A stretch of 64,000 nt of DNA from contig NC_134033.1 in the NCBI RefSeq assembly GCF_964204645.1, positions 13,400,655 through 13,464,654 of the forward strand. The letters are read 5' to 3'. A program made the translations under genes and the position numbers. Below are positions 29,001-44,000 of the stretch, in pieces. A model generated the notes under the pieces. It searched no databases. It had not been told where the DNA came from and worked only from the letters and a program-made list of their open reading frames with translations. Numbering within the stretch: position 1 is the first letter of the stretch; every line of letters begins with the position of its first letter. The stretch is from Tubulanus polymorphus (taxonomy: Eukaryota; Animalia; Nemertea).

Positions 29001-32000
29001 AGTAGACGAATCCGTTGGTGATGTCGTCTCGGTGCTCACCGAGGTCGATGTGTCTACCGTAGTGGAGGTGTCAGTCGATGACGAAGTAGACGAATCCGTT
29101 GGTGTTGTCGTCTCGATGCTCACCGAGGTCGATGTGTCTACCGTAGTGGATATGTCAGTCGAGGACGAAGTAGACGTATCCGTTGCTGATGTCGTCTCGG
29201 TGCTCGACGAGGTCGATGTGTCTACCGTAGTTGAGCTGACAGTCGAGGACGAAGTAGACAAATCCGTTGTTAAGGTCGTATCGGTACTCGCCGAGGTCGA
29301 TGTGTCTACCATAGTGGAGCTGACAGTCGAGGATGAAGTCGACGAATCCGTTGGTGTTGTCGTCTCGGTGCTCACCGATGTCGAAGTGTCTACCGTAGTT
29401 GATGTGTCAGTCGAGGATGAAGTAGACGAATCCATTGGAGATGTCGTCTTAGTGCTCACCGATGTCGATGTGTCTACCGTAGTGGATGCGTCAGTCGCGG
29501 ATGAAGTAGACGAATCCGTTGGTGATGTCGTATCGGTATTCGCCGAGGTCGATGTGTCTACCGTAGTGGATGTGTCAGTCGAGGATGTAGTCGACGAATC
29601 CGTTGGTGATGTCGTATCGGTACTCGCCGAGGTCGATGTGTCTACCGTAGTGGAGGTGTCAGTCGAGTATGAAGTAGTCGAATCCGTTGGTGATGTCGTC
29701 ACGGTGCTCGCCGACGTCGATGTGTCTACCGTGGTAAAGGTGTCAGTCGAAGACGAAGTAGACGAATCTGTTGTTAAGGTCGTATCGGTTCTCGCCGATG
29801 TCGATCTGGTCATCGAAGTGGGGCTGGTAGTTGAGGACGATGTAAATGAATCCGCTGATGAGGTCGACTCGGTGCTCGACGAGGTAGATCTGTCTATCGC
29901 AGAGGATGTGTCAGGTGAGGACGAAATTGACGAATCCGTTGGTGATGTCGTCTCGGTGCTCGCCGAGGTCGATGTGTCTACCGTAGTGGATGTGTCAGTC
30001 GAGGACGAAGTAGACGAATCCGTTGGTGATGTTGTCTCGGTGCTCGCCGATGTCGATGTATCTTTCGTAGTGGAGCTGACAGTCGAGGACGAAGTTGACA
30101 AATCCGTTGTCAAGGTCGTATCGGTACTCGCCGAGGTCGATGTGTCTACCGTAGTGGAGCTGACAGTCGAGGATGCAGTCGACGAATCCGTTGGTGTTGT
30201 CGTCTCGGTGCTCGCCGAGGTCGATGTGTCTACCGTAGTGGATGTGTCAGTCGAGGATGAAGTAGACAAATCCGTTGGTGATGTCGTATCGATACTCGCC
30301 GAGGTCGATGTGTCTACCGTAGTGGAGCTGACAGTCGAGGATGTAGTCGACGAATCCGTTGGTGATGTCGTCTCGGTGCTCGCCGATGTCGATGTGTCTA
30401 CCGTAGTTGATGTGTCAGTCGAGGATGAAGTAGACGAATCCGTTGGTGATGTCGTGTCGGTGCTCGCCGAGGTCGATGTGTCTACCGTAGTGGAGGTGTC
30501 AGTCGAGGACGAAGTCGACGAATCCGTTGTTAAGGTCGTATCGGTGCTCGCCGAGGTCGATGTGTCTACCGTAGTGGAGGTGTCAGTCGACGACGAAGTA
30601 GAAAAATCCATTGTTAAGGTCGTATCGGTAATCGCCGAGGTCGAAGTATCTGCCGAAGTGGATGTGTCAGTCGAGGACGAAGTAGACGAATCCGTTGCTG
30701 ATGTCGTCTCGGTGCTCGCCGATGTCGATGTGTCTACCGTAGTGGCGGTGTAAGTTGAGGATGAAGTAGACGAATCCGATGGTGATGTCGTCTCAGTGCT
30801 CGCCGATGTCGATGTGTCTACCGAAGAGGCGCTGACAGTCGAGGATGAAGTAGACGAATCCGTTGGTGATGTCGTCACGGTGCTCGCCGAAGTCGAAGTG
30901 TCTACCGTAGTGGAGGTGTCAGTCGAGGACGAAGTAGTCGAATCCGTTGGTGTTGTCGTTTCGGTGCTCACCGAGGTCGATGAGTCTACCGTAGTGGAGG
31001 TTTCAGTCGAGGACGAAGTAGACGATTCCGTTGCTGATGTCGTCTCGATGCTCGACGAGGTAGATGTGTCTACCGTAGTGGAGGTGTCAGTCGTGGACGA
31101 AGTTGACGAATCCGTTGGTGATGTCGTAACAGTGCTCGCCGAGGTCGATGTGTCTACCGTAGTGGAGGTGTCAGTCGAGGACGAAGTAGACGAATCCGTT
31201 GGTGATGTCGTCTCGGTGCTCGCCGATGTCGATGTGTCTACCGTAGTGGAGCTGAAAGTCGAGGATGAAGTAGACGAATCCGTTGGTGATGTCGTATCGG
31301 TGCTCACCGAGGTCGATGTGTCTACCGTAGTGGAGGTGTCAGTCGACGACGAAGTAGAAAAATCCGTTGGTAAGGTCGTATCGGTAATCGCCGAGGTCGA
31401 AGTATCTGCCGTAGTTGTGTCAGTCGAGGACGAAGTAGACGAATCCGTTGCTGATATCGACCCGGTGCTCGACGAGATAGATGTGTCTACCGTAGTTGAG
31501 CTGACAGTCGAGGACGAAGTAGACAAATCCGTTGTTAAGGTCGTATCGGTGCTCATCGAGGTCGATGTCTCTCCCGTAGTGGAGGTGTCAGTCGAGGACG
31601 AGGTAGACGAATCCGTTGTTAAGGTCGTATCGGTGCTCGCCGAGGTCGATGTGTCTACCGTAGTGGAAGTGTCAGTTGGGGACGAAGTAAACGAATCCGT
31701 TGGTGATGTCGTCACAGTGCTCGCCGAGGTTGATGTGTCTACCGTAGTGGAGGTGTCAGTCGAGGATAAAGTAGACGAATCCGTTGGAGATGTCGTCTCG
31801 GTGCTCACCGAGGTCGATGTGTCTACCGTAGTGGAGGTGTCAGTCGATGACGAAGTAGACGAATCCGTTGGTGATGTCGTCTCGGTGCTCGCTGAGGTCG
31901 AGGTGTCTACCGTAGAGGCGCTGACAGTCGAGGATGAAGTAGACGAATCCGTTGGTGATGTCGTCACGGTTCTTGCCGAGGTCGAAGTTTCTACCGTAGA

Positions 32001-35000
32001 GGCGCTGACAGTCGAAGATGAAGTAGAAAAATCCGTTGGTGATGTCGTCACGGTGCTCGCCGAGGTCGATGTGTCTACCGTAGTGGAGGTGTCAGTCGAG
32101 GACGAAGTCGACGAATCCGTTGTTAAGGTCGTATCGGTGCTCGCCGAGGTCGATGTGTCTACCGTAGTGGAGGTGTCAGTCGACGACGAAGTAGAAAAAT
32201 CCGTTGTTAAGGTCGTATCGGTAAGCGCCGAGGTCGAAGTGTCTACCGTAGTGGATGTGTCAGTCGAGGACGAAGTAGACGAATCCGTTGCTGATGTCTT
32301 CCTGGTGCTCGACGAGGTAGATGTGTCTACCATAGTCGAGCTGACAGTCGAGGATGAAGTCGACGAATCCGTTGGTGTTGTCGTCTCGGTGCTCACCGAG
32401 GTCGATGTGTCTACCGTAGTTGATGTGTCAGTCGAGGATGAAGTAGACGAATCCGTTGGTGATGTCGTCTCAGTGCTCGCCGATGTCGATGTGTCTACCG
32501 ATGAGGCGCTGACAGTCGAGGATGAAGTAGACGAATCCGTTGGTGATGTCGTCACGGTGCTCGCCGAGGTCGAAGTGTCTACCGTAGTGGAGGTGTCAGT
32601 CGAGGACGAAGTAGACGAATCCGTTGGTGATGTCGTCACGGTGCTCGACGAGGAAGATGTGTCTACCGAAGTTGAGCTGACAGTCGAGGACGTAGTAGAC
32701 AAATCCGTTGTTAAGGTCGTATCGGTACTCGCCGAGGTCGATGTGTCTACCGTAATGGAGCTGACAGTCGAGGATGAAGTCGACGAATCCGTTGGTGTTG
32801 TCGTCTCGGTGCTCACCGAGGTCGATGTGTCTATCGTAGTGGATGTGTCAGTCGAGGATGAAGTAGACGAATCCGTTGGTGATGTCGTATCGGTACTCGC
32901 CGAGGACGATGTGTCTACCGTAGTGGAGCTGACAGTCGAGGATGAAGTAGACGAATCCGTTTGTGATGTCGTGTCGGTGCTCGCCGAGGTCGATGTGTCT
33001 ACCGTAGTGGAGGTGTCAGTCGAGGATAAAGTAGACGAATCCGTTGGAGATGTCGTCTCGGTGCTTGCCGATGTCGATGTGTCTACCGTAGTGGAGCTGA
33101 CAGTCGAGGATGAAGTCGACGAATCCGTTGGTGTTGTCGTCTCGGTGCTCACCGATGTCGAAGTGTCTACCGTAGTTGATGTGTCAGTCGAGGATGAAGT
33201 AGACGAATCCATTGGAGATGTCGTCTTAGTGCTCACCGATGTCGATGTGTCTACCGTAGTGGATGCGTCAGTCGCGGATGAAGTAGACGAATCCGTTGGT
33301 GATGTCGTATCGGTATTCGCCGAGGTCGATGTGTCTACCGTAGTGGATGTGTCAGTCGAGGATGTAGTCGACGAATCCGTTGGTGATGTCGTATCGGTAC
33401 TCGCCGAGGTCGATGTGTCTACCGTAGTGGAGGTGTCAGTCGAGTATGAAGTAGTCGAATCCGTTGGTGATGTCGTCACGGTGCTCGCCGACGTCGATGT
33501 GTCTACCGTGGTAAAGGTGTCAGTCGAGGACGAAGTAGACGAATCTGTTGTTAAGGTCGTATCGGTTCTCGCCGATGTCGATCTGGTCATCGAAGTGGGG
33601 CTGGTAGTTGAGGACGATGTAAATGAATCCGCTGATGAGGTCGACTCGGTGCTCGACGAGGTAGATCTGTCTATCGCAGAGGATGTGTCAGGTGAGGACG
33701 AAATTGACGAATCCGTTGGTGATGTCGTCTCGGTGCTCGCCGAGGTCGATGTGTCTACCGTAGTGGATGTGTCAGTCGAGGACGAAGTAGACGAATCCGT
33801 TGGTGATGTTGTCTCGGTGCTCGCCGATGTCGATGTATCTTTCGTAGTGGAGCTGACAGTCGAGGACGAAGTTGACAAATCCGTTGTCAAGGTCGTATCG
33901 GTACTCGCCGAGGTCGATGTGTCTACCGTAGTGGAGCTGACAGTCGAGGATGCAGTCGACGAATCCGTTGGTGTTGTCGTCTCGGTGCTCGCCGAGGTCG
34001 ATGTGTCTACCGTAGTGGATGTGTCAGTCGAGGATGAAGTAGACAAATCCGTTGGTGATGTCGTATCGATACTCGCCGAGGTCGATGTGTCTACCGTAGT
34101 GGAGCTGACAGTCGAGGATGTAGTCGACGAATCCGTTGGTGATGTCGTCTCGGTGCTCGCCGATGTCGATGTGTCTACCGTAGTTGATGTGTCAGTCGAG
34201 GATGAAGTAGACGAATCCGTTGGTGATGTCGTGTCGGTGCTCGCCGAGGTCGATGTGTCTACCGTAGTGGAGGTGTCAGTTGAGGACGAAGTCGACGAAT
34301 CCGTTGTTAAGGTCGTATCGGTGCTCGCCGAGGTCGATGTGTCTACCGTAGTGGAGGTGTCAGTCGACGACGAAGTAGAAAAATCCATTGTTAAGGTCGT
34401 ATCGGTAATCGCCGAGGTCGAAGTATCTGCCGAAGTGGATGTGTCAGTCGAGGACGAAGTAGACGAATCCGTTGCTGATGTCGTCTCGGTGCTCGCCGAT
34501 GTCGATGTGTCTACCGTAGTGGCGGTGTAAGTTGAGGATGAAGTAGACGAATCCGATGGTGATGTCGTCTCAGTGCTCGCCGATGTCGATGTGTCTACCG
34601 AAGAGGCGCTGACAGTCGAGGATGAAGTAGACGAATCCGTTGGTGATGTCGTCACGGTGCTCGCCGAAGTCGAAGTGTCTACCGTAGTGGAGGTGTCAGT
34701 CGAGGACGAAGTAGTCGAATCCGTTGGTGTTGTCGTTTCGGTGCTCACCGAGGTCGATGAGTCTACCGTAGTGGAGGTTTCAGTCGAGGACGAAGTAGAC
34801 GATTCCGTTGCTGATGTCGTCTCGATGCTCGACGAGGTAGATGTGTCTACCGTAGTGGAGGTGTCAGTCGTGGACGAAGTTGACGAATCCGTTGGTGATG
34901 TCGTCACAGTGCTCGCCGAGGTCGATGTGTCTACCGTAGTGGAGGTGTCAGTCGAGGACGAAGTAGACGAATCCGTTGGTGATGTCGTCTCGGTGCTCGC

Positions 35001-38000
35001 CGATGTCGATGTGTCTACCGTAGTGGAGCTGAAAGTCGAGGATGAAGTAGACGAATCCGTTGGTGATGTCGTATCGGTGCTCACCGAGGTCGATGTGTCT
35101 ACCGTAGTGGAGGTGTCAGTCGACGACGAAGTAGAAAAATCCGTTGGTAAGGTCGTATCGGTAATCGCCGAGGTCGAAGTATCTGCCGTAGTTGTGTCAG
35201 TCGAGGACGAAGTAGACGAATCCGTTGCTGATATCGACCCGGTGCTCGACGAGATAGATGTGTCTACCGTAGTTGAGCTGACAGTCGAGGACGAAGTAGA
35301 CAAATCCGTTGTTAAGGTCGTATCGGTGCTCATCGAGGTCGATGTCTCTCCCGTAGTGGAGGTGTCAGTCGAGGACGAGGTAGACGAATCCGTTGTTAAG
35401 GTCGTATCGGTGCTCGCCGAGGTCGATGTGTCTACCGTAGTGGAAGTGTCAGTTGGGGACGAAGTAAACGAATCCGTTGGTGATGTCGTCACAGTGCTCG
35501 CCGAGGTTGATGTGTCTACCGTAGTGGAGGTGTCAGTCGAGGATAAAGTAGACGAATCCGTTGGAGATGTCGTCTCGGTGCTCACCGAGGTCGATGTGTC
35601 TACCGTAGTGGAGGTGTCAGTCGATGACGAAGTAGACGAATCCGTTGGTGATGTCGTCTCGGTGCTCGCTGAGGTCGAGGTGTCTACCGTAGAGGCGCTG
35701 ACAGTCGAGGATGAAGTAGACGAATCCGTTGGTGATGTCGTCACGGTTCCTGCCGAGGTCGAAGTTTCTACCGTAGAGGCGCTGACAGTCGAAGATGAAG
35801 TAGAAAAATCCGTTGGTGATGTCGTCACGGTGCTCGCCGAGGTCGATGTGTCTACCGTAGTGGAGGTGTCAGTCGAGGACGAAGTCGACGAATCCGTTGT
35901 TAAGGTCGTATCGGTGCTCGCCGAGGTCGATGTGTCTACCGTAGTGGAGGTGTCAGTCGACGACGAAGTAGAAAAATCCGTTGTTAAGGTCGTATCGGTA
36001 AGCGCCGAGGTCGAAGTGTCTACCGTAGTGGATGTGTCAGTCGAGGACGAAGTAGACGAATCCGTTGCTGATGTCTTCCTGGTGCTCGACGAGGTAGATG
36101 TGTCTACCATAGTCGAGCTGACAGTCGAGGATGAAGTCGACGAATCCGTTGGTGTTGTCGTCTCGGTGCTCACCGAGGTCGATGTGTCTACCGTAGTTGA
36201 TGTGTCAGTCGAGGATGAAGTAGACGAATCCGTTGGTGATGTCGTCTCAGTGCTCGCCGATGTCGATGTGTCTACCGATGAGGCGCTGACAGTCGAGGAT
36301 GAAGTAGACGAATCCGTTGGTGATGTCGTCACGGTGCTCGCCGAGGTCGAAGTGTCTACCGTAGTGGAGGTGTCAGTCGAGGACGAAGTAGACGAATCCG
36401 TTGGTGATGTCGTCACGGTGCTCGACGAGGAAGATGTGTCTACCGAAGTTGAGCTGACAGTCGAGGACGTAGTAGACAAATCCGTTGTTAAGGTCGTATC
36501 GGTACTCGCCGAGGTCGATGTGTCTACCGTAATGGAGCTGACAGTCGAGGATGAAGTCGACGAATCCGTTGGTGTTGTCGTCTCGGTGCTCACCGAGGTC
36601 GATGTGTCTATCGTAGTGGATGTGTCAGTCGAGGATGAAGTAGACGAATCCGTTGGTGATGTCGTATCGGTACTCGCCGAGGACGATGTGTCTACCGTAG
36701 TGGAGCTGACAGTCGAGGATGAAGTAGACGAATCCGTTTGTGATGTCGTGTCGGTGCTCGCCGAGGTCGATGTGTCTACCGTAGTGGAGGTGTCAGTCGA
36801 GGACGAAGTAGACGAATCCGTTGGTGTTGTCGTCTCGGTGCTCACCGAGGTCGATGTGTCTACCGTAGTGGATGTGTCAGTCGAGGATGAAGTAGACGAA
36901 TCCATTGGTGATGTCGTATCGGTACTCGCCGAGGTCGATGTGTCTACCGTAGTGGAGCTGACAGTCGAGGATGTAGTCGACGAATCCGTTGGTGTTGTCG
37001 TATCGGTACTCGCCGAGGTCGATGTGTCTACCGTAGAGGAGCTGACAGTCGAGGATGAAGTCGACGAATCCGTTGGTATTGTCGTCTCGGTGCTCACCGA
37101 AGTCGATGTGTCTACCGTAGTTGATGTGTCTGTCGAGGATGAAGTAGACGAATAGATTGGTGATGTCGTATCGGTGCTCACCGAGGTCGATGTGTCTATC
37201 GTAGTGGAGGTGTCAGTCGAGGACGAGGTAGACGAATCCGTTGTTAAGGTCGTATCGGTGCTCGCCGAGGTCGATGTGTCTACCGTAGTGGAAGTGTCAG
37301 TCGAGGACGAAGTAGACGAATCCGTTGGTGATGTCGTCTCGGTGCTCGCCGATGTTGATGTGTCCACCGTAGTGGAGGTGTCAGTCGAGGACGAAGTAGA
37401 CGAATCCGTTGGTGATGTCGTCTCGGTGCTCGACGAGGTCGATGTGTCTACCGTAGTTGAGCTGACAGTCGAGGACGAAGTAGACAAATCCGTTGTTGAG
37501 GTCGTATCGGTACTCACCGAGGTCGATGTGTCTACCGTAGTGGAGCTGACAGTCGAGGATGAAGTAGACGAATCCGTTGGTGATGTCGTCACGGTGCTCG
37601 ACGAGGTCGATGTGTTTACCGTAGTTGAGCTGACAGTCGAGGATAAAGTAGACAAATCCGTTGTTGAGGTCGTATCGGTACTCACCGAGGTCGATGTGTC
37701 TACCGTAGTGGAGGTGTCAGTCGAGGACGAAGTAGACGAATCCGTTGGTGATGTCGTCTCGGTGCTCGCCGATGTTGATGTGTCCACCGTAGTGGAGGTG
37801 TCAGTCGAGGACGAAGTAGACGAATCCGTTGGTGATGTCGTCTCGGTCCTCGACGAGGTCGATGTGTCTACCGTAGTTGAGCTGACAGTCGAGGACGAAG
37901 TAGACAAATCCGTTGTTGAGGTCGTATCGGTACTCACCGAGGTCGATGTGTCTACCGTAGTGGAGCTGACAGTCGAGGATGAAGTAGACGAATCCGTTGG

Positions 38001-41000
38001 TGTTGTCGTATCGGTACTCGCCGAGGTCGATGTGTCTACCGTAGAGGAGCTTACAGTCGAGGATGAAGTCGACGAATCCGTTGGTGTTGTCGTCTCGGTA
38101 CTCGCCGAGGTCGATGTGTCTATCGTAGAGGAGCTTACAGTCGAGGATGAAGCAGACGAATCCGTTGGTGATGTCGTATCGGTACTCGCCGAGGTCGATG
38201 TGTCTACCGTAGTGGAGCTGACAGTCGAGGATAAAGTAGACGAATCCGTTGGTGATGTCGTGTCGGTGCTCGCCGAGGTCGATGTGTTTACCGTAGTGGA
38301 GGTGTCAGTCGAGGACGAAGTAGTCGAATCCGTTGGTGTTGTCGTTTCGGTGCTCACCGAGGTCGATGTGTCTACCGTAGTGGATGTGTCAGTCGAGGAT
38401 GAAGTAGACGAATCCGTTGGTGATGTCGTATCGGTGCTCACCGAGGTCGATGTGTCTACCGTAGTGGAGGTGTCAGTCAAGGATGAAGTAGACGAATCCG
38501 TTGGTGATGTCGTATCGGTACTCGCCGAGGTCGATGTGTCTACCGTAGTGGAGCTGACAGTGGAGGATGAAGTAGACGAATCCGTTGGTGATGTCGTCTC
38601 GATGCTCACCGATGTCGATGTGTCTACCGTAGTTGATGTGTCAGTCGAGGATGAAGTAGACGAATCCGTTGGTGATGTCGTCTCGGTGCTCGCCGATGTG
38701 GATGTGTCTACCGTAGTTGATATGTCTGTCGAGGATGAAGTAGACGAATCCGTTGGTGATGTCGTCTCGATGCTCGCCGATGTCGATGTGTCTACCGTAG
38801 TTGATGTGTCAGTCGAGGATGAAGTAGACGAATCCGTTGGTGATGTCGTCTCGGTGCTCACCGATGTGGATGTGTCTACCGTAGTTGATGTGTCAGTCGA
38901 GGATGAAGTAGACGAATCCGTTGGTGATGTCGTCACGGTGCTCGCCGAGGTCGATGTGTCTACCGTAGTTGATGTGTCAGTTGAGGATAAGGTAGACGAA
39001 TCCGTTGGTGATGTCGTCTCGGTGCTCACCGAGGTCGATGTGTCTACCGTAGTTGTCGTGTCAGTTGAGGATGAAGTAGACGAATCCGTTGGTGATGTCG
39101 TCACGGTGCTCGCTGAGGTCGAAGTGTCTACCGTAGTTGATGTGTCAGTTGAGGATAAGGTAGACGAATCCGTTGGTGATGTCGTCTCGGTGCTCGCCGA
39201 TGTCGATGTGTCTACCGTAGTTGATATGTCTGTCGAGGATGAAGTAGACGAATCCGTTGGTGATGTCGTCTCGATGCTCGCCGATGTCGATGTGTCTACC
39301 GTAGTTGATGTGTCAGTCGAGGATGTAGTAGACGAATCCGTTGGTGACGTCGTCTCGGTGCTCGCCGATGTCGATGTGTCTACCGTAGTTGATGTGTCAG
39401 TCGAGGATGAAGTAGACGAATCCGTTGGCGATGTCGTCTCGGTGCTCGCCGATGTCGATGTGTCTACCGTAGTTGATGTGTCAGTCGAGGACGAAGTAGA
39501 CGAATCCGTTGGTGATGTCGTCTCGGTGCTCGCCGATGTTGATGTGTCCACCGTAGTGGAGGTGTCAGTTGAGGACGAAGTAGACGAATCCGTTGGTGAT
39601 GTCGTCTCGGTGCTCACCGATGTGGATATGTCTACCGTAGAGGCGCTGACAGTCGAGGATGAAGTAGACGAATCCGTTGGCGATGTCGTCTCGGTGCTCG
39701 CCGATGTCGATGTGTCTATCGTAGTGGAGGTGTCATTCGAGGACGAGGTAGACGAATCCGTTGTTAAGGTCGTATCGGTGCTCGCTGAGGTCGATGTGTC
39801 TACCGTAGTGGAGGTGTCAGTTGAGGATGAAGTAGACGAATCCGTTGGTGATGTCGTATCGGTACTCGCCGAGGTCGATGTGTCTACCGTAGTTGATATG
39901 TCTGTCGAGGATGAAGTAGACGAATCCGTTGGTGATGTCAAATCGGTGCTCACCGTGGTCGATGTGTCTATCGTAGTGGAGGTGTCAGTCGAGGATGAAG
40001 TAGACGAATCCGTTGGTGATGTCAAATCGGTGCTCGCCGAGGTCGATGTGTCTACCGTAGTGGAGCTGACAGTCGAGGACGAGGTAGACGAATCCGTTGT
40101 TAAGGTCGTATCGGTACTCGCCGATGTCGATGTGTCTACCGTAGTTGATGTGTCAGTAGAGGATGAAGTCGACGAATCCGTTGTTGATGTCGTCTCGGTG
40201 CTAGCCGATGTCGATGTGTCGACCGTAGTGGAGCTGACAGTGGAGGATGAAGTAGACGAATCCGTTGGTGATGTCGTCTCGATGCTCACCGATGTCGATG
40301 TGTCTACCGTAGTTGATATGTCAGTCGAGGATGAAGTAGACGAATCCGTTGGTGATGTCGTTACGGTGCTCGCCGATGTCGATGTGTCTACCGTAGTTGA
40401 TGTGTCAGTCGAGGATGAAGTAGACGAATCCGTCGGTGTTGTCGTCACGGTGCTCGCCGAGGTCGAAGTGTCTACCGTAGTTGATGTGTCAGTTGAGGAT
40501 GAAGTAGACGAATCCGTTGGTGATGTCGTCTCGGTGCTCACCGAGGTCGATGTGTCTATCGTAGTGGAGGTGTCAGTCGAGGACGAGGTAGACGAATCCG
40601 TTGTTAAGGTCGTATCGGTGCTCGCCGAGGTCGATGTGTCTACCGTAGTGGAGGTGTCAGTCGAGGACGAAGTAGACGAATCCGTTGTTGAGGTCGTATC
40701 GGTACTCACCGAGGTCGATGTGTCTACCGTAGTGGAGGTGTCAGTCGAGGACGAAGTAGACGAATCGGTTGGTGATGTCGTCTCGGTGCTCGTCGATGTT
40801 GATTTGTCCACCGTAGTGGAGGTGTCAATCGAGGTCGAAGTAGACGAATCCGTTGGTGATGTCGTCTCGGTGCTCGACGAGGTCGATGTGTCTACCGTAG
40901 TTGAGCTGACAGTCGAGGACGAAGTAGACAAATCCGTTGTTGAGGTCGTATCGGTACTCACCGAGGTCGATGTGTCTACCGTAGTGGAGGTGTCAGTCGA

Positions 41001-44000
41001 GGACGAAGTAGACGAATCCGTTGGTGATGTCGTCTCGGTGCTCGCCGATGTTGATGTGTCCACCGTAGTGGAGGTGTCAGTCGAGGACGAAGTAGACGAA
41101 TCCGTTGGTGATGACGTCTCGGTGCTCGACGAGGTCGATGTGTCTACCGTAGTTGAGCTGACAGTCGAGGACGAAGTAGACAAATCCGTTGTTGAGGTCG
41201 TATCGGTGCTCACCGAGGTCGATGTGTCTACCGTAGTTGATGTGTCAGTTGAGGATGAAGTAGACGAATCCGTTGGTGATGTCGTATCGGTGCTCGCCGA
41301 TGTCGATATGTCTACCGTAGAGGCGCTGACAGTCGAGGATGAAGTAGACGAATCCGTTGGTGATGTCGTCTCGGTGCCCGCCGATGTCGATGTGTCTACC
41401 GTAGTTGATATGTCTGTCGAGGATGAAGTAGACGAATCCGTTGGTGATGTCGTATCGGTGCTCACCGAGGTCGATGTGTCTATCGTAGTGGAGGTGTCAG
41501 TCGAGGACGAGGTAGACGAATCCGTTGTTAAGGTCGTATCGGTGCTCGCCGAGGTCGATGTGTCTACCGTAGTTGATGTGTCAGTCGAGGATGAAGTAGA
41601 CGAATCCGTTGGTGATGTCGTCACGGTGCTCGCCGAGGTCGAAGTGTCTACCGTAGTTGATGTGTCAGTTGAGGATGAAGTAGACGAATCCGTTGGTGAT
41701 GTCGTCTCGGTGCTCGCCGATGTCGATGTGTCTACCGTAGAGGCGCTGACAGTCGAGGATGAAGTAGACGAATCCGTTGGTGATGTCGTCTCGGAGCTCG
41801 CCGATGTCGATGTGTCTACCGTAGTTGATATGTCTGTCGAGGATGAAGTAGACGAATCCGTTGGTGATGTCGTCTCGATGCTCGCCGATGTCGATGTGTC
41901 TACCGTAGTTGATGTGTCAGTCGAGGATAAAGTAGACGAATCCGTTGGTGATGTCGTCTCGGTGCTCGCCGATGTCGATGTGTCTACCGTAGTTGATGTG
42001 TCAGTCGAGGATGAAGTAGACGAATCCGTTGGTGATGTCGTATCGGTACTCGCCGAGGTCGATGTGTCTACCGTAGTGGAGCTGACAGTGGAGGATGAAG
42101 TAGACGAATCCGTTGGTGATGTCGTCTCGGTGCTCGCCGATGTGGATGTGTCTACCGTAGTTGATATGTCTGTCGAGGATGAAGTAGACGAATCCGTTGG
42201 TGATGTCGTCTCGATGCTCGCCGATGTCGATGTGTCCACCGTAGTTGATGTGTCAGTCGAGGACGAAGTAGACGAATCCGTTGGTGATGTCGTCTCGGTG
42301 CTCGCCGATGTCGATGTGTCTACCGTAGTTGATGTGTCAGTCGAGGATGAAGTAGACGAATCCGTTGGTGATGTCGTATCGGTGCTCACCGAGGTCGATG
42401 TGTCTACCGTAGTTGATGTGTCAGTCGAGGATGAAGTAGACGAATCCGTTGGTGATGTCGTATCGGTACTCGCCGAGGTCGATGTGTCTACCGTAGTGGA
42501 GCTGACAGTGGAGGATGAAGTAGACGAATCCGTTGGTGATGTCGTCTCGATGCTCACCGATGTCGATGTGTCTAACGTAGTTGATGTGTCAGTCGAGGAT
42601 GAAGTAGACGAATCCGTTGGTGATGTCGTCTCGATGCTCGCCGATGTCGATGTGTCTACCGTAGTTGATGTGTCAGTCGAGGATGAAGTAGACGAATACG
42701 TTGGTGATGTCGTCTCGGTGCTCGCCGATGTCGATGTGTCTACCGTAGTTGATGTGTCAGTCGAGAATATAGTAGACGAATCCGTTGGTGATGTCGTATC
42801 GGTGCTCACCGAGGTCGATGTGTCTACCGTAGTTGATGTGTCAGTCGAGGATGAAGTAGACGAATCCGTTGGTGATGTCGTCTCAGTGCTCGCCGATGTC
42901 GATGTGTCTACCGATGAGGCGCTGACAGTCGAGGATGAAGTAGACGAATCCGTTGGTGATGTCGTCACGGTGCTCGCCGAGGTCGAAGTGTCTACCGTAG
43001 TGGAGGTGTCAGTCGAGGACGAAGTAGACGAATCCGTTGGTGATGTCGTCACGGTGCTCGACGAGGAAGATGTGTCTACCGAAGTTGAGCTGACAGTCGA
43101 GGACGTAGTAGACAAATCCGTTGTTAAGGTCGTATCGGTACTCGCCGAGGTCGATGTGTCTACCGTAATGGAGCTGACAGTCGAGGATGAAGTCGACGAA
43201 TCCGTTGGTGTTGTCGTCTCGGTGCTCACCGAGGTCGATGTGTCTATCGTAGTGGATGTGTCAGTCGAGGATGAAGTAGACGAATCCGTTGGTGATGTCG
43301 TATCGGTACTCGCCGAGGACGATGTGTCTACCGTAGTGGAGCTGACAGTCGAGGATGAAGTAGACGAATCCGTTTGTGATGTCGTGTCGGTGCTCGCCGA
43401 GGTCGATGTGTCTACCGTAGTGGAGGTGTCAGTCGAGGATAAAGTAGACGAATCCGTTGGAGATGTCGTCTCGGTGCTTGCCGATGTCGATGTGTCTACC
43501 GTAGTGGAGCTGACAGTCGAGGATGAAGTCGACGAATCCGTTGGTGTTGTCGTCTCGGTGCTCACCGATGTCGAAGTGTCTACCGTAGTTGATGTGTCAG
43601 TCGAGGATGAAGTAGACGAATCCATTGGAGATGTCGTCTTAGTGCTCACCGATGTCGATGTGTCTACCGTAGTGGATGCGTCAGTCGCGGATGAAGTAGA
43701 CGAATCCGTTGGTGATGTCGTATCGGTATTCGCCGAGGTCGATGTGTCTACCGTAGTGGATGTGTCAGTCGAGGATGTAGTCGACGAATCCGTTGGTGAT
43801 GTCGTATCGGTACTCGCCGAGGTCGATGTGTCTACCGTAGTGGAGGTGTCAGTCGAGTATGAAGTAGTCGAATCCGTTGGTGATGTCGTCACGGTGCTCG
43901 CCGACGTCGATGTGTCTACCGTGGTAAAGGTGTCAGTCGAGGACGAAGTAGACGAATCTGTTGTTAAGGTCGTATCGGTTCTCGCCGATGTCGATCTGGT

